The notes under the pieces: model-generated
Databases searched by the model: none
What the model saw: only the letters and a program-made list of their open reading frames with translations
Told to the model about the DNA's origin: nothing
Translations under genes and position numbers: made by a program
Assembly: GCA_041675145.1 (NCBI GenBank)
Contig: JBAYUK010000002.1
Coordinates: 152,530-216,529 of the forward strand
Length of the DNA stretch: 64,000 nt
Reading direction: 5' to 3'
From: Patescibacteria group bacterium
GTDB lineage: Bacteria; Patescibacteriota; JACPGU01
Shown: in pieces, positions 28,493 to 36,643 of the stretch
How the letters are laid out: every line of letters begins with the position of its first letter
Numbering within the stretch: the stretch's first letter is position 1

Positions 28493-28517
28493 ATGGCATT
28501 CAGGGCTATATGGGCAA

Positions 28518-28982
28518 TTAAGCTATCAACATTCTGTAGTGATCTTCCCAAAGCACATAGTCTTTGTCTCTACCTTCTCGTGGTAGGTCATTGATTTCAC
28601 CTTTAGTTAGGAATATAAGCTCGTCGTGATCTGGACTGAGCTGTATCTCCGGCTCTTTATCTAGTTCTATAGTAAAAGCAAACTTTGTTTTATGCTTATT
28701 GGTCTCGATATTATGGAATTCAAATATGCCGAGCGGTTGAAGCTTTTCAGGTAAAACTACGATACCTGCTTCTTCAAATAGCTCTCGTACAGCTGCATGC
28801 GTCAGCTCCTCAGATTCATCGACTGAACCACCAGGTATCTCGAGTATTCCAGAACATGAGTCTGTAGCCGATCGTTTTAATAAAAGGAACCTGTCTTGCC
28901 ATTGCACTCGTATGCACGCACCGATGTTGTGACCAGCACTAATTGCTGATTCTAATTTTTCTTTAAAATTGTTACCCGACAT
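28518..28982 (-). CDS. NUDIX hydrolase
   Basis: Nudix box GGSVDESEELTHAAVRELFEEAGI. Confidence 0.85.
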   Translation of the reverse strand: MSGNNFKEKLESAISAGHNIGACIRVQWQDRFLLLKRSATDSCSGILEIPGGSVDESEELTHAAVRELFEEAGIVVLPEKLQPLGIFEFHNIETNKHKTKFAFTIELDKEPEIQLSPDHDELIFLTKGEINDLPREGRDKDYVLWEDHYRMLIA

Positions 28983-29024
28983 ATAGATTTATTGTAAGTA
29001 TAGCTTGCACTATTATAGCACTAT

Positions 29025-29145
29025 TTTTGTATCACTCTATACCGAGATCCTTCAGATTGCGTAACTTACAACCTACCGGAAAAGCCTTCGACTGACCCGG
29101 TTGTGAAATTTCTGGAGCGAGGTAGCCCACCCGACCGTGAGGGGT
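29025..29145 (+). repeat. copy D of the island repeat family (divergent, 3' module truncated and fused to the hairpin/-10 element)
   Basis: taccgagatccttcagattgcgtaacttacaacctaccggaaaagccttcgactgacccggttgtg ... cccacccgaccgtgaggggttagtgcc. Confidence 0.7.
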
Positions 29146-29181
29146 TAGTGCCTCATAAAACACGCATAAAGGCGTGTTTTA
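29145..29181 (+). promoter_or_regulatory. conserved hairpin (cataaaacacgc-N5-gcgtgttttatg) + extended -10 TGgTATAGT
   Basis: Same 12-bp stem as 12874, 17920 and 29974. Confidence 0.6.
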
Positions 29182-29220
29182 TGGTATAGTAGTACTATAA
29201 GTTATACAACTCAACCTTAT

Positions 29221-29904
29221 ATGAAGAAGCTGTCGAATGTTACACTACTCGGGATAGATTGTATTAATATTGAAAGACTTCAAAAAGCCTTAGATATCTC
29301 TTCTCTGAATATTGAATTTGGTGAAGTCAAACTACTTACTTCACTACCAACAGAAGATTCAAGAAAAGTAGAAATTCCTCATATTGGATCAATAGAAGAT
29401 TTTTCAAAGTTCTCAATTTGTGATTTATATAAATACGTAAGCACGGACTATGTTTTGTTGGTTCAGTATGATGGTTTTGTTTTGAATCCAGACTCTTGGA
29501 ACGACGAATTCTTAAAATACGACTATATTGGAGCCCCATGGCTTGTAGCGGACTGGGCAACTAAAAATTTTGATTTCCCAGAGGAGCTACTAGGAACTTG
29601 GATTGTGGGAAATGGAGGATTTTCTTTAAGAAGCAAGAAGTTTCTAGAAACTAGTAGTCGCCTCGCTAAAGAAGGAGCTTTTAAAAAGTATCACCCAGAA
29701 GATGTAGTTATGTGTGTATGGGATAGAGACAAGCTTGAGAAAGAAGGAATAAAGTTTGCGCCAGTAGATATTGCTAAACAGTTTAGTATTGAGGGAGATG
29801 ATGATGTCTATGATAAACAGTTCGGTTTCCATAGCTTAAAATGGACAAATATTCAAAAATGGATTGATGACAACTCGAAGTGGACTATAAAGCTAGTTCA
29901 ATAA
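29221..29904 (+). CDS. hypothetical protein (GNGGFSLR motif, possibly DUF5672-like)
   Basis: ORF; motif WIVGNGGFSLRSKKF. Confidence 0.45.
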   Translation: MKKLSNVTLLGIDCINIERLQKALDISSLNIEFGEVKLLTSLPTEDSRKVEIPHIGSIEDFSKFSICDLYKYVSTDYVLLVQYDGFVLNPDSWNDEFLKYDYIGAPWLVADWATKNFDFPEELLGTWIVGNGGFSLRSKKFLETSSRLAKEGAFKKYHPEDVVMCVWDRDKLEKEGIKFAPVDIAKQFSIEGDDDVYDKQFGFHSLKWTNIQKWIDDNSKWTIKLVQ

Positions 29905-29973
29905 CCTATTAACCTAGAAATACGAGACGTAATTCAAGGTGCCTAAGGTACTATATTGATAGGGTTAAGGATT

Positions 29974-30010
29974 CATAAAACACGCCAGAAAGCGTGTTTT
30001 ATGATATAAT
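29974..30010 (+). promoter_or_regulatory. conserved hairpin + extended -10 TGaTATAAT; ATG 7 nt downstream (leaderless)
   Basis: Stem cataaaacacgc/gcgtgttttatg; the -10 ends at 30010 and the ATG(MNISIRD) is at 30017. Confidence 0.6.
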
Positions 30011-30016
30011 GTGCCT

Positions 30017-30556
30017 ATGAATATATCTATTCGAGACGCTAAACCTGAAGATATAGCAGAAGTTACCCAGGTACTTTATAAGACCTGGCTCTCTACTTAT
30101 CCTAACGAGTTTGTTGGTATTACGAGAGAAGATATTGAACAGAGGTTTTCTGGTAGATTTACCGATGAGGCTTTGAGTGAAAGGGCAGAGAAAATAAAGA
30201 ACCTTCCTTCAAATCAGAGATACCTAGTTGCTGTACAGGGCGACAAAATAGTTGGTCAGTGTTTAGTAACAAATGAGAAGGAGCGTAATTTTTTGAATGT
30301 AATTTATGTACTGCCGGAGCATCAAGGTAGTGGTATTGGAAAAAAACTCTGGGAAGAAGCGAGTCACTTTTTAAATAGGAAAAATGATACCGAATTGCTT
30401 GTAGCTAGTTACAATGACGGGGCAATTAACTTCTATAAATCTCTGGGATTTATTGATACTGGTGAAGTTATTAGAGATGAAAAATATAAAATGGGTGCAA
30501 GTGGCACAATAATGCCAGAGCTTAAAATGATTCTTCCAGCCAAACAAGAAAAGTAG
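30017..30556 (+). CDS. GNAT family N-acetyltransferase
   Basis: QGSGIGKKLWEEA acetyl-CoA binding motif; start moved from GTG 30011 to ATG 30017. Confidence 0.8.
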   Translation: MNISIRDAKPEDIAEVTQVLYKTWLSTYPNEFVGITREDIEQRFSGRFTDEALSERAEKIKNLPSNQRYLVAVQGDKIVGQCLVTNEKERNFLNVIYVLPEHQGSGIGKKLWEEASHFLNRKNDTELLVASYNDGAINFYKSLGFIDTGEVIRDEKYKMGASGTIMPELKMILPAKQEK

Positions 30557-30637
30557 TTCTTTTAAGGAATCTTATTAGGGCTATTTAAGATAGTACTCCA
30601 GAAAAGTTATATTAATTATATAAATCCAGTAACCGAT

Positions 30638-31255
30638 ATGACGAATAAAGTACTCCTAGCAACATTTAACGAGGGCAAGATAGAGAGATTCAAAAGTCTC
30701 ATAGCTCAAACGGGCTTAAGTGTAGAAGTATTTACTCCTGCGGACTTAAGTATTCCACCTATTCATATTGAAGAGAACGGGAGTAGCCTAACAGAGAACG
30801 CAGAAATTAAAGCACGTGCATTTTTGGGTAAAGTGGATATGCCTATTCTTGCTAATGACGCAGGATTTTGGGTTGAAGGGGAAGGACTCATTGAGGCACC
30901 TAAACGCTTAGCTTTAGGGAGTCACGCTGAGGAATCATTAAGTAAAGAACAAGCAGCTATACTAATCTTAGATTTTTGGAAGAATATTGCTTGTAAAAAA
31001 GGTGGCAAGGTTGACGCTGCTTGGGTTGAGACATTTGTTCTTCTAGATCCAGACGGAAAACTTCATACTGCCGAATCAAGAAGAGAAGTTACTCTCACAG
31101 ACCAGGAATTTGGAAAGCCACACATTCAGTTTCCTATGAGAGCGTTATATATATCCAAAGATACAAATAAGCCAGCCTTGCACCACTCTCCTCAAGAAGA
31201 ACTGCTCGAGATGAAGCCTATAACAGATGCCTTGCGTACAATTTTAAGCGAATAA
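30638..31255 (+). CDS. hypothetical protein
   Basis: ORF only. Confidence 0.45.
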   Translation: MTNKVLLATFNEGKIERFKSLIAQTGLSVEVFTPADLSIPPIHIEENGSSLTENAEIKARAFLGKVDMPILANDAGFWVEGEGLIEAPKRLALGSHAEESLSKEQAAILILDFWKNIACKKGGKVDAAWVETFVLLDPDGKLHTAESRREVTLTDQEFGKPHIQFPMRALYISKDTNKPALHHSPQEELLEMKPITDALRTILSE

Positions 31256-31305
31256 ATATATGATTAGTTTGACTAAGCTAAATTAGGATTTAAAATAACT
31301 AAGCC

Positions 31306-32007
31306 ATGCAAAAGAATATCCTCATCACAGGTAAGCCGAAGAGTGGAAAGTCTACGCTACTGCGTACACTCATTACTCCTATTCAAAATAAAGTTGGCTT
31401 AGTTGCTGATGAGGTTTTAGGTGAAGAGGGAAGAATAGGGTTTGACGTAGAGACACATACTGGAGCGAAAGTACCTCTTGCTCGTGTTGATATTGAGACA
31501 CCATACAGGGTTGGTAGATACTTCGTTGATATTAAAAGTCTAGACTCTATTATTCCTGAAGTATCTCGCTTCACAAGCGACGATCTCTTGTACCTCGATG
31601 AAATAGGTCAAATGCAACTTTTGTCTGAGAAGTTTAAGAAGCTAGTTACTACATATCTTGATGCTTCAAATACATGTATTGCCACTATCTCGAATGTGTT
31701 TGAGGATGACTGTATAAAAAGTGTAAAAGAACGAGATGACATCATCTTAGTTGAAATTTCTCCAGAAGACCGAGAAGAGAGAGCGCAGTTCATATCTCAA
31801 CTATTAAGGAAGATAGAAAAAGCTAAAAAGTATGTCTTAGAGCCCGAACGCTTTAGTATCCAGGGTTCAGTTTGTGAAATGAGATCTGAGCACGATACGA
31901 GAAGGTTAGTTTTTGCGGAAAGTAAGTGGCAGTGCGACTGTGATTTCTATAAGAAGTATAGTACCTGTAGTCATGTAATAGCAGTTACAGAAATTGCCAG
32001 GAAATAG
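31306..32007 (+). CDS. THEP1-like P-loop NTPase with C-terminal SWIM-type zinc finger
   Basis: Walker A GKPKSGKST, Walker B LLYLDEIG, C-terminal CDCDF..CSH. Confidence 0.65.
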   Translation: MQKNILITGKPKSGKSTLLRTLITPIQNKVGLVADEVLGEEGRIGFDVETHTGAKVPLARVDIETPYRVGRYFVDIKSLDSIIPEVSRFTSDDLLYLDEIGQMQLLSEKFKKLVTTYLDASNTCIATISNVFEDDCIKSVKERDDIILVEISPEDREERAQFISQLLRKIEKAKKYVLEPERFSIQGSVCEMRSEHDTRRLVFAESKWQCDCDFYKKYSTCSHVIAVTEIARK

Positions 32008-32050
32008 CTTTTTGAAGACGGGTAGAATAGTGTGTTGAAAGTGTGAGGAA

Positions 32051-32869
32051 GTGCTAGGCCCAAGGCATGAGACTACCATGTATAGTATAATTATCTATAT
32101 GATTACCGATGGACCATTACTAGATAAGGTGAAGATTGCTTTTCAGGAAGGACTAGACTTCTCTTTGTACCCCTTCTCTTTAGGGATTATTAAAAACCTT
32201 ACAGATATTGTTTTTCCTACCCAAGTAACTTTTTTTGTAGGTGAAAACGGTACCGGGAAGTCTACAATACTTGAAACTATTGCACATAAAGCAGGTTTTG
32301 GCCCTGAAGGAGGAAGTAAGAATATTAACTTCAATACTACAGAAGAAACTCATAGCTCACCTATCGACCTTTTGTCATCACAGATAGTGCTTTCGTGGAG
32401 AAAGAAGCCAAAAGACGGATATTTCTTTAGAGCAGAGAGCTTTTTTAATCTCGCGAGCCACATTGATACGATTGCAGTCGAAGGTGGTCAGGGTAGGCAT
32501 GTTGCTTACGCAAGTTACGGGGGCAAGTCACTTCATGAACAGTCTCATGGTGAGAGTTTTCTTAACTTTTTTAGAAACAGGTTGGGTGGTGGAGGGTTCT
32601 ATATCTTTGACGAGCCTGAAGCTGCGCTCTCTCCGCAACGGCAACTAGCTTTGCTTAAGATTATTCACGATCTATCTCGCAATCCAGAGACTCAGTTTAT
32701 TATTGCTACTCACTCACCAATACTGCTTGCGTATCCTAATGCTCGAATCTATTCTTGTGATAGTGATACTCTGGAGACTATCCAGTACAAGGATACGAAG
32801 CATTATCAAATAACCAAAGGTTTCCTTGATAATCCAGACCAGTACTTTACGCATCTTTTTAATGACTAA
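32051..32869 (+). CDS. AAA_21-type ABC-like ATPase (stand-alone)
   Basis: Walker A GENGTGKST, Q-loop, FIFDEPE Walker B, H-loop ATHSP; start may be at an internal Met (MYSII). Confidence 0.7.
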   Translation: MLGPRHETTMYSIIIYMITDGPLLDKVKIAFQEGLDFSLYPFSLGIIKNLTDIVFPTQVTFFVGENGTGKSTILETIAHKAGFGPEGGSKNINFNTTEETHSSPIDLLSSQIVLSWRKKPKDGYFFRAESFFNLASHIDTIAVEGGQGRHVAYASYGGKSLHEQSHGESFLNFFRNRLGGGGFYIFDEPEAALSPQRQLALLKIIHDLSRNPETQFIIATHSPILLAYPNARIYSCDSDTLETIQYKDTKHYQITKGFLDNPDQYFTHLFND

Positions 32870-32880
32870 ATAATAAAAGT

Positions 32881-33429
32881 ATGTCGATTATCCGTTTTAA
32901 ATCTAAACTCGTTAGTGTCGGCTCACATACTCTTCTTGTGTTACCAAAAAGTGCAAGTGAAAAGCTTCCATCGCGCGGTATGGTGATGGTGGAAGGTACT
33001 ATCAATGAATCTAAGTTTCAAGCGCCACTTGAGCCAGACGGTCGAGGTAGTCACTGGCTCAAAGTTGATAAGGCTACTCTCAAGAATACTGGAGCAAGTG
33101 TAGGTGATACACTAACGCTTGTAATTACACCCTCTCAGCTGTGGCCAGAACCTACAGTACCGACAGACTTACCGGTGGCACTTATAACTAGCTCAAAAGT
33201 ATATACTCTCTGGAAGGATATTACGCCCATGGCGCGCTGGGACTGGATCCGCTGGATACGATCAACAAAAGACCCAGAAACACGCAAGAGACGGATTGAA
33301 GTAATGTTCTCAAAACTTAAAGCTGGAAGTAGAAGACCGTGTTGTTTTAATCGTACTATATGCACCGTGCCAGATGTATCACATAACGGGGTGCTTCTCA
33401 ATCCGGCACAAGCTAAAACAATTAAATAA
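32881..33429 (+). CDS. DUF1905-domain protein
   Basis: N-terminal beta-barrel pattern ...LVLPKSASEKL...GMVMVEGTIN. Confidence 0.45.
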   Translation: MSIIRFKSKLVSVGSHTLLVLPKSASEKLPSRGMVMVEGTINESKFQAPLEPDGRGSHWLKVDKATLKNTGASVGDTLTLVITPSQLWPEPTVPTDLPVALITSSKVYTLWKDITPMARWDWIRWIRSTKDPETRKRRIEVMFSKLKAGSRRPCCFNRTICTVPDVSHNGVLLNPAQAKTIK

Positions 33430-33443
33430 ATAATACTAAAAAA

Positions 33444-33938
33444 ATGATTAACTTGCCGTATACACTCGAAGAATACTTTGCCGATGACTCATATCGTCAT
33501 ATATCTGAGATTAACAGATTCTACGAAGATCTTGGTCATGATGGTACCGATGAAGCTGAGTGGAGAGAATTTCTCTATGAAGGCTTTCTTGTTATTTTGA
33601 GAAGTAAAGAAGTGATGGTTGGATATATGATCATTAGTTACAGCTTGCCAAAGCTAGGAAATGATTTTTTTGACGCAAAAACTGATGGGTATCTATTTCA
33701 GCTGTATTTAGCAGACGAAATTAGAGGACATGGAATAGGTACTAAACTTATTCATTACGCTGAACAAAAAACTTTAGATTATGGACGCAATCGACTTTTT
33801 GTAGAAACTCATTATATGAACTCAGGAATGGAGAAACTACTAAACAACTTAGGTTATAAATTTGTAGAAAAAAGAGATTATACGAAACAATATAAAGACA
33901 TAGACTCTTTTTACTTATTGTATGTTAAGTCGCTATAA
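33444..33938 (+). CDS. GNAT family N-acetyltransferase
   Basis: IRGHGIGTKLIHYAEQ motif. Confidence 0.7.
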   Translation: MINLPYTLEEYFADDSYRHISEINRFYEDLGHDGTDEAEWREFLYEGFLVILRSKEVMVGYMIISYSLPKLGNDFFDAKTDGYLFQLYLADEIRGHGIGTKLIHYAEQKTLDYGRNRLFVETHYMNSGMEKLLNNLGYKFVEKRDYTKQYKDIDSFYLLYVKSL

Positions 33939-34028
33939 CGAATGTCGCCTCAAAGTATACTGATTAATATATAATAGAATTCTTTTAACATAAAACTACA
34001 TTTTACCGAATCGTTACAGAAGATAATT

Positions 34029-34502
34029 ATGAAGTCGTATAAAAAAGAAATTAAAACAGTAGATCAATACATTGGATTATTTCCAAAAGATGTTGCGAAT
34101 AAGCTTAGCGTTATTCGAGGCATTATTCATAAGCTAGCACCACATGCAGTAGAAGCTATTAGCTACAATATGCCGGCCTTTAAGCTTAATGGCATTTTAA
34201 TTTACTTTGCAGGATACGAGCACCATATTGGGCTGTACCCTATGGCTTCAACTATTAAAGCTTTTAAGGAAGAATTAGCTGAATATAAAACATCTAAAGG
34301 CACAATACAAATTCCTTTAGATAAACCTCTGCCATTGCCTTTGATTCGTAGAATCGTAAAATATCGTATAGAGGAAAGTCTAAAAGATAAAGATACATAT
34401 GGAGTAAAAAAAGTATGCAGTAGAGGACACCAGTTTTTAAAAGGCAAAGAGACTCCAGTGTGTCCTAAGTGTTGGCCAGGATATTATAAGAGTAAGAAAT
34501 AG
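34029..34502 (+). CDS. DUF1801 (YdhG-like) domain protein
   Basis: Conserved N-terminal pattern; C-terminal CxxC..CPKC. Confidence 0.5.
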   Translation: MKSYKKEIKTVDQYIGLFPKDVANKLSVIRGIIHKLAPHAVEAISYNMPAFKLNGILIYFAGYEHHIGLYPMASTIKAFKEELAEYKTSKGTIQIPLDKPLPLPLIRRIVKYRIEESLKDKDTYGVKKVCSRGHQFLKGKETPVCPKCWPGYYKSKK

Positions 34503-34508
34503 AACATT

Positions 34509-34907
34509 ATGAAGGAATATACAGGAATTATTATAGAGGAGTCTTTATCTAATAAAGATATCCTTACAAGAACGATAACTACCTCAACTAAAGTTGAGCC
34601 CGTCACTCCTGAGCATAAAACCCCATGGCTTACGCAGTGGACACTTCATACGGTTGAGATACCAGAAGAAAGTATAGAGAAAGTTTCAGAAGAGATTAGT
34701 AAGTCATTTGACCCAATGCACCTAGGTTCATGGTATGTAGATTTTAAGAACGATACACATCACTACATAATTTATCCAGAAAAGGTATTTTATGTAGACA
34801 GATCTAGTGTAGAGCAATATAACGAAGCAAGTCGGTATGGAATTTCTATAGGAATACCAGACTATCAGGTAGATTTTAGTTCACACGTAAAACAGTGGGA
34901 TAGGTAA
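34509..34907 (+). CDS. hypothetical protein
   Basis: ORF only. Confidence 0.45.
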   Translation: MKEYTGIIIEESLSNKDILTRTITTSTKVEPVTPEHKTPWLTQWTLHTVEIPEESIEKVSEEISKSFDPMHLGSWYVDFKNDTHHYIIYPEKVFYVDRSSVEQYNEASRYGISIGIPDYQVDFSSHVKQWDR

Positions 34908-34929
34908 TACATTGTAATTAAAAAATATT

Positions 34930-35772
34930 ATGCAAAACGTCACCCCGTTCTTGTGGTTAAATAATCAGGCAGAAGAAGCAGCTACTCTATACACCTCACT
35001 TTTTCCAGATTCAAAAATTGAATTTGCAAGTAGGCAATATGTTACATATGAACTAGCTGGTCAAAAATTTATGGCTTTAAATGGTGGGCCGATGTTTACT
35101 ATGACCCCATCAGTATCATTTTTTGTGTACTGCGAGACGGTTGAAGAAATAGATAGAATCTGGGAGAAGTTATCCCAGGGTGGCAAGGTTATGATGGAGC
35201 TTCAACAGTATCCATTTAGTGAAAAATATGGGTGGCTTAACGATAAGTATGGTGTCTCGTGGCAGCTGATGGTTGGAGAAGCAGAGCATAAGGTAACTCC
35301 TTTCTTGTTCTTTACCGGCAAGCAAAACGGCAAAGCAGAAGAAGCTGTAAACTACTATGTATCGGTATTTAATAACTCGAGTATCGGTACTATCACATAT
35401 TACCAGCCTGGCATGGGTGAACCAGAGAAGGCAGTGGTGCACGCAGATTTCGTACTTGCCGGACAGCCATTTATGGCAATGGAAAATAGTGGTCCTCATG
35501 CATTTACATTCTCTGAAGCCAACTCGTTCTTCATTGGTGTAGAAACTCAAGCAGAAGTTGACGAACTGTGGGAGAAGTTGTCTCAGGGAGGTAGTAAAGG
35601 TCAGTGCGGGTGGTTAAAAGACAAGTACGGTCTCTCATGGCAGGTTATCCCAAAAAAGTTAAGTGAGCTTTTGGCGGGAGAGAGTGAAAAAGCAGGAAAA
35701 GTATATAAGGCTATGCTCACTATGACGAAGTTGGATATAGCGCAATTACAGGAAGCATACGATCAGGATTAG
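34930..35772 (+). CDS. tandem PhnB-like / VOC (glyoxalase-fold) domain protein
   Basis: Two repeats of TPFLWF..EEA..Y..F...KYGVSWQ. Confidence 0.7.
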   Translation: MQNVTPFLWLNNQAEEAATLYTSLFPDSKIEFASRQYVTYELAGQKFMALNGGPMFTMTPSVSFFVYCETVEEIDRIWEKLSQGGKVMMELQQYPFSEKYGWLNDKYGVSWQLMVGEAEHKVTPFLFFTGKQNGKAEEAVNYYVSVFNNSSIGTITYYQPGMGEPEKAVVHADFVLAGQPFMAMENSGPHAFTFSEANSFFIGVETQAEVDELWEKLSQGGSKGQCGWLKDKYGLSWQVIPKKLSELLAGESEKAGKVYKAMLTMTKLDIAQLQEAYDQD

Positions 35773-35791
35773 TATATTTCGCTTCGTATCT

Positions 35792-36640
35792 ATGGAAATT
35801 CTAAACATAAAAATAAAGTCAGAGTATAGTAGTATATTGGACCAGGGAGTAAAGAGAAACTTTACTCCTGTATTTGCCATGCTTGGTATTGGGGTGTTCA
35901 ATATTCTTATAGAACTCTTCTCCCGGCATTTCATGTCTGTTCACGCAGCAAACATACTGGTAGAGTCGTTCCATGTTCTCATCTACTTTGGTATCCCACT
36001 GCTACTTGTGGGGACGAGTCGGCCGTATCAGGGATATGCCTTTGTGGCGCTTTATACTATAGCAACATCACTACTCTATGCTCTTGTTGAGTTGCAGTAT
36101 ATAAGCACCTACTGTAGTGTGCTTTTTATCGTACTTCTCTTCATATACATACTCTGTACTAAGAAGAGATCTCGTTTACTTATTCAGGTAAAGCCACTCA
36201 AAGAGGTGGTGGTCTATAGTCTCACCGCAGCGTTTTTGATTATAGGGCATGTATTCTTTGTGGTTTCAACGTCTACTAACTACCAATTCAATGCAGTAGT
36301 GCTGCACGAGATACTGCCAAAGATTTTCTATATGGTATTTGGTATCTTCGGGATGGAAGTGTTCTTTAGGGGCTATATATTCAATCAGTTAAATAGAGAG
36401 CTTAAGATTCCATTTTGGATATCTGCAGGTGTTTCAACAATACTCTTCATGGGTCCATTCTTGGTAAACCCTTTTTTCACAACCAATATCTACCTAGGAG
36501 TAGTAATAGGGTTTTACTTACTACTCATTGGATTTGTCTGTTGCGCTTTAGCTAAGAAAACAAAAAGTATTATCCCTCCATTTGTTGTGAGCTTGGTTAT
36601 TGCAATCATTCGCTACTCAGTAATTTTTGGTCCTATATAA
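35792..36640 (+). CDS. CPBP-family intramembrane metalloprotease (CAAX protease / Abi domain)
   Basis: Polytopic; MEVFFRGYIFNQL matches the EExxxR / FxxxH motif region. Confidence 0.55.
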   Translation: MEILNIKIKSEYSSILDQGVKRNFTPVFAMLGIGVFNILIELFSRHFMSVHAANILVESFHVLIYFGIPLLLVGTSRPYQGYAFVALYTIATSLLYALVELQYISTYCSVLFIVLLFIYILCTKKRSRLLIQVKPLKEVVVYSLTAAFLIIGHVFFVVSTSTNYQFNAVVLHEILPKIFYMVFGIFGMEVFFRGYIFNQLNRELKIPFWISAGVSTILFMGPFLVNPFFTTNIYLGVVIGFYLLLIGFVCCALAKKTKSIIPPFVVSLVIAIIRYSVIFGPI

Positions 36641-36643
36641 AGC

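Noticed and set aside
8507-29145. Whether the island repeats could be a CRISPR array
   Set aside because: Units are ~200 nt, irregularly spaced (1.6 to 16 kb apart), internally modular with their own terminators, and no cas genes are present.
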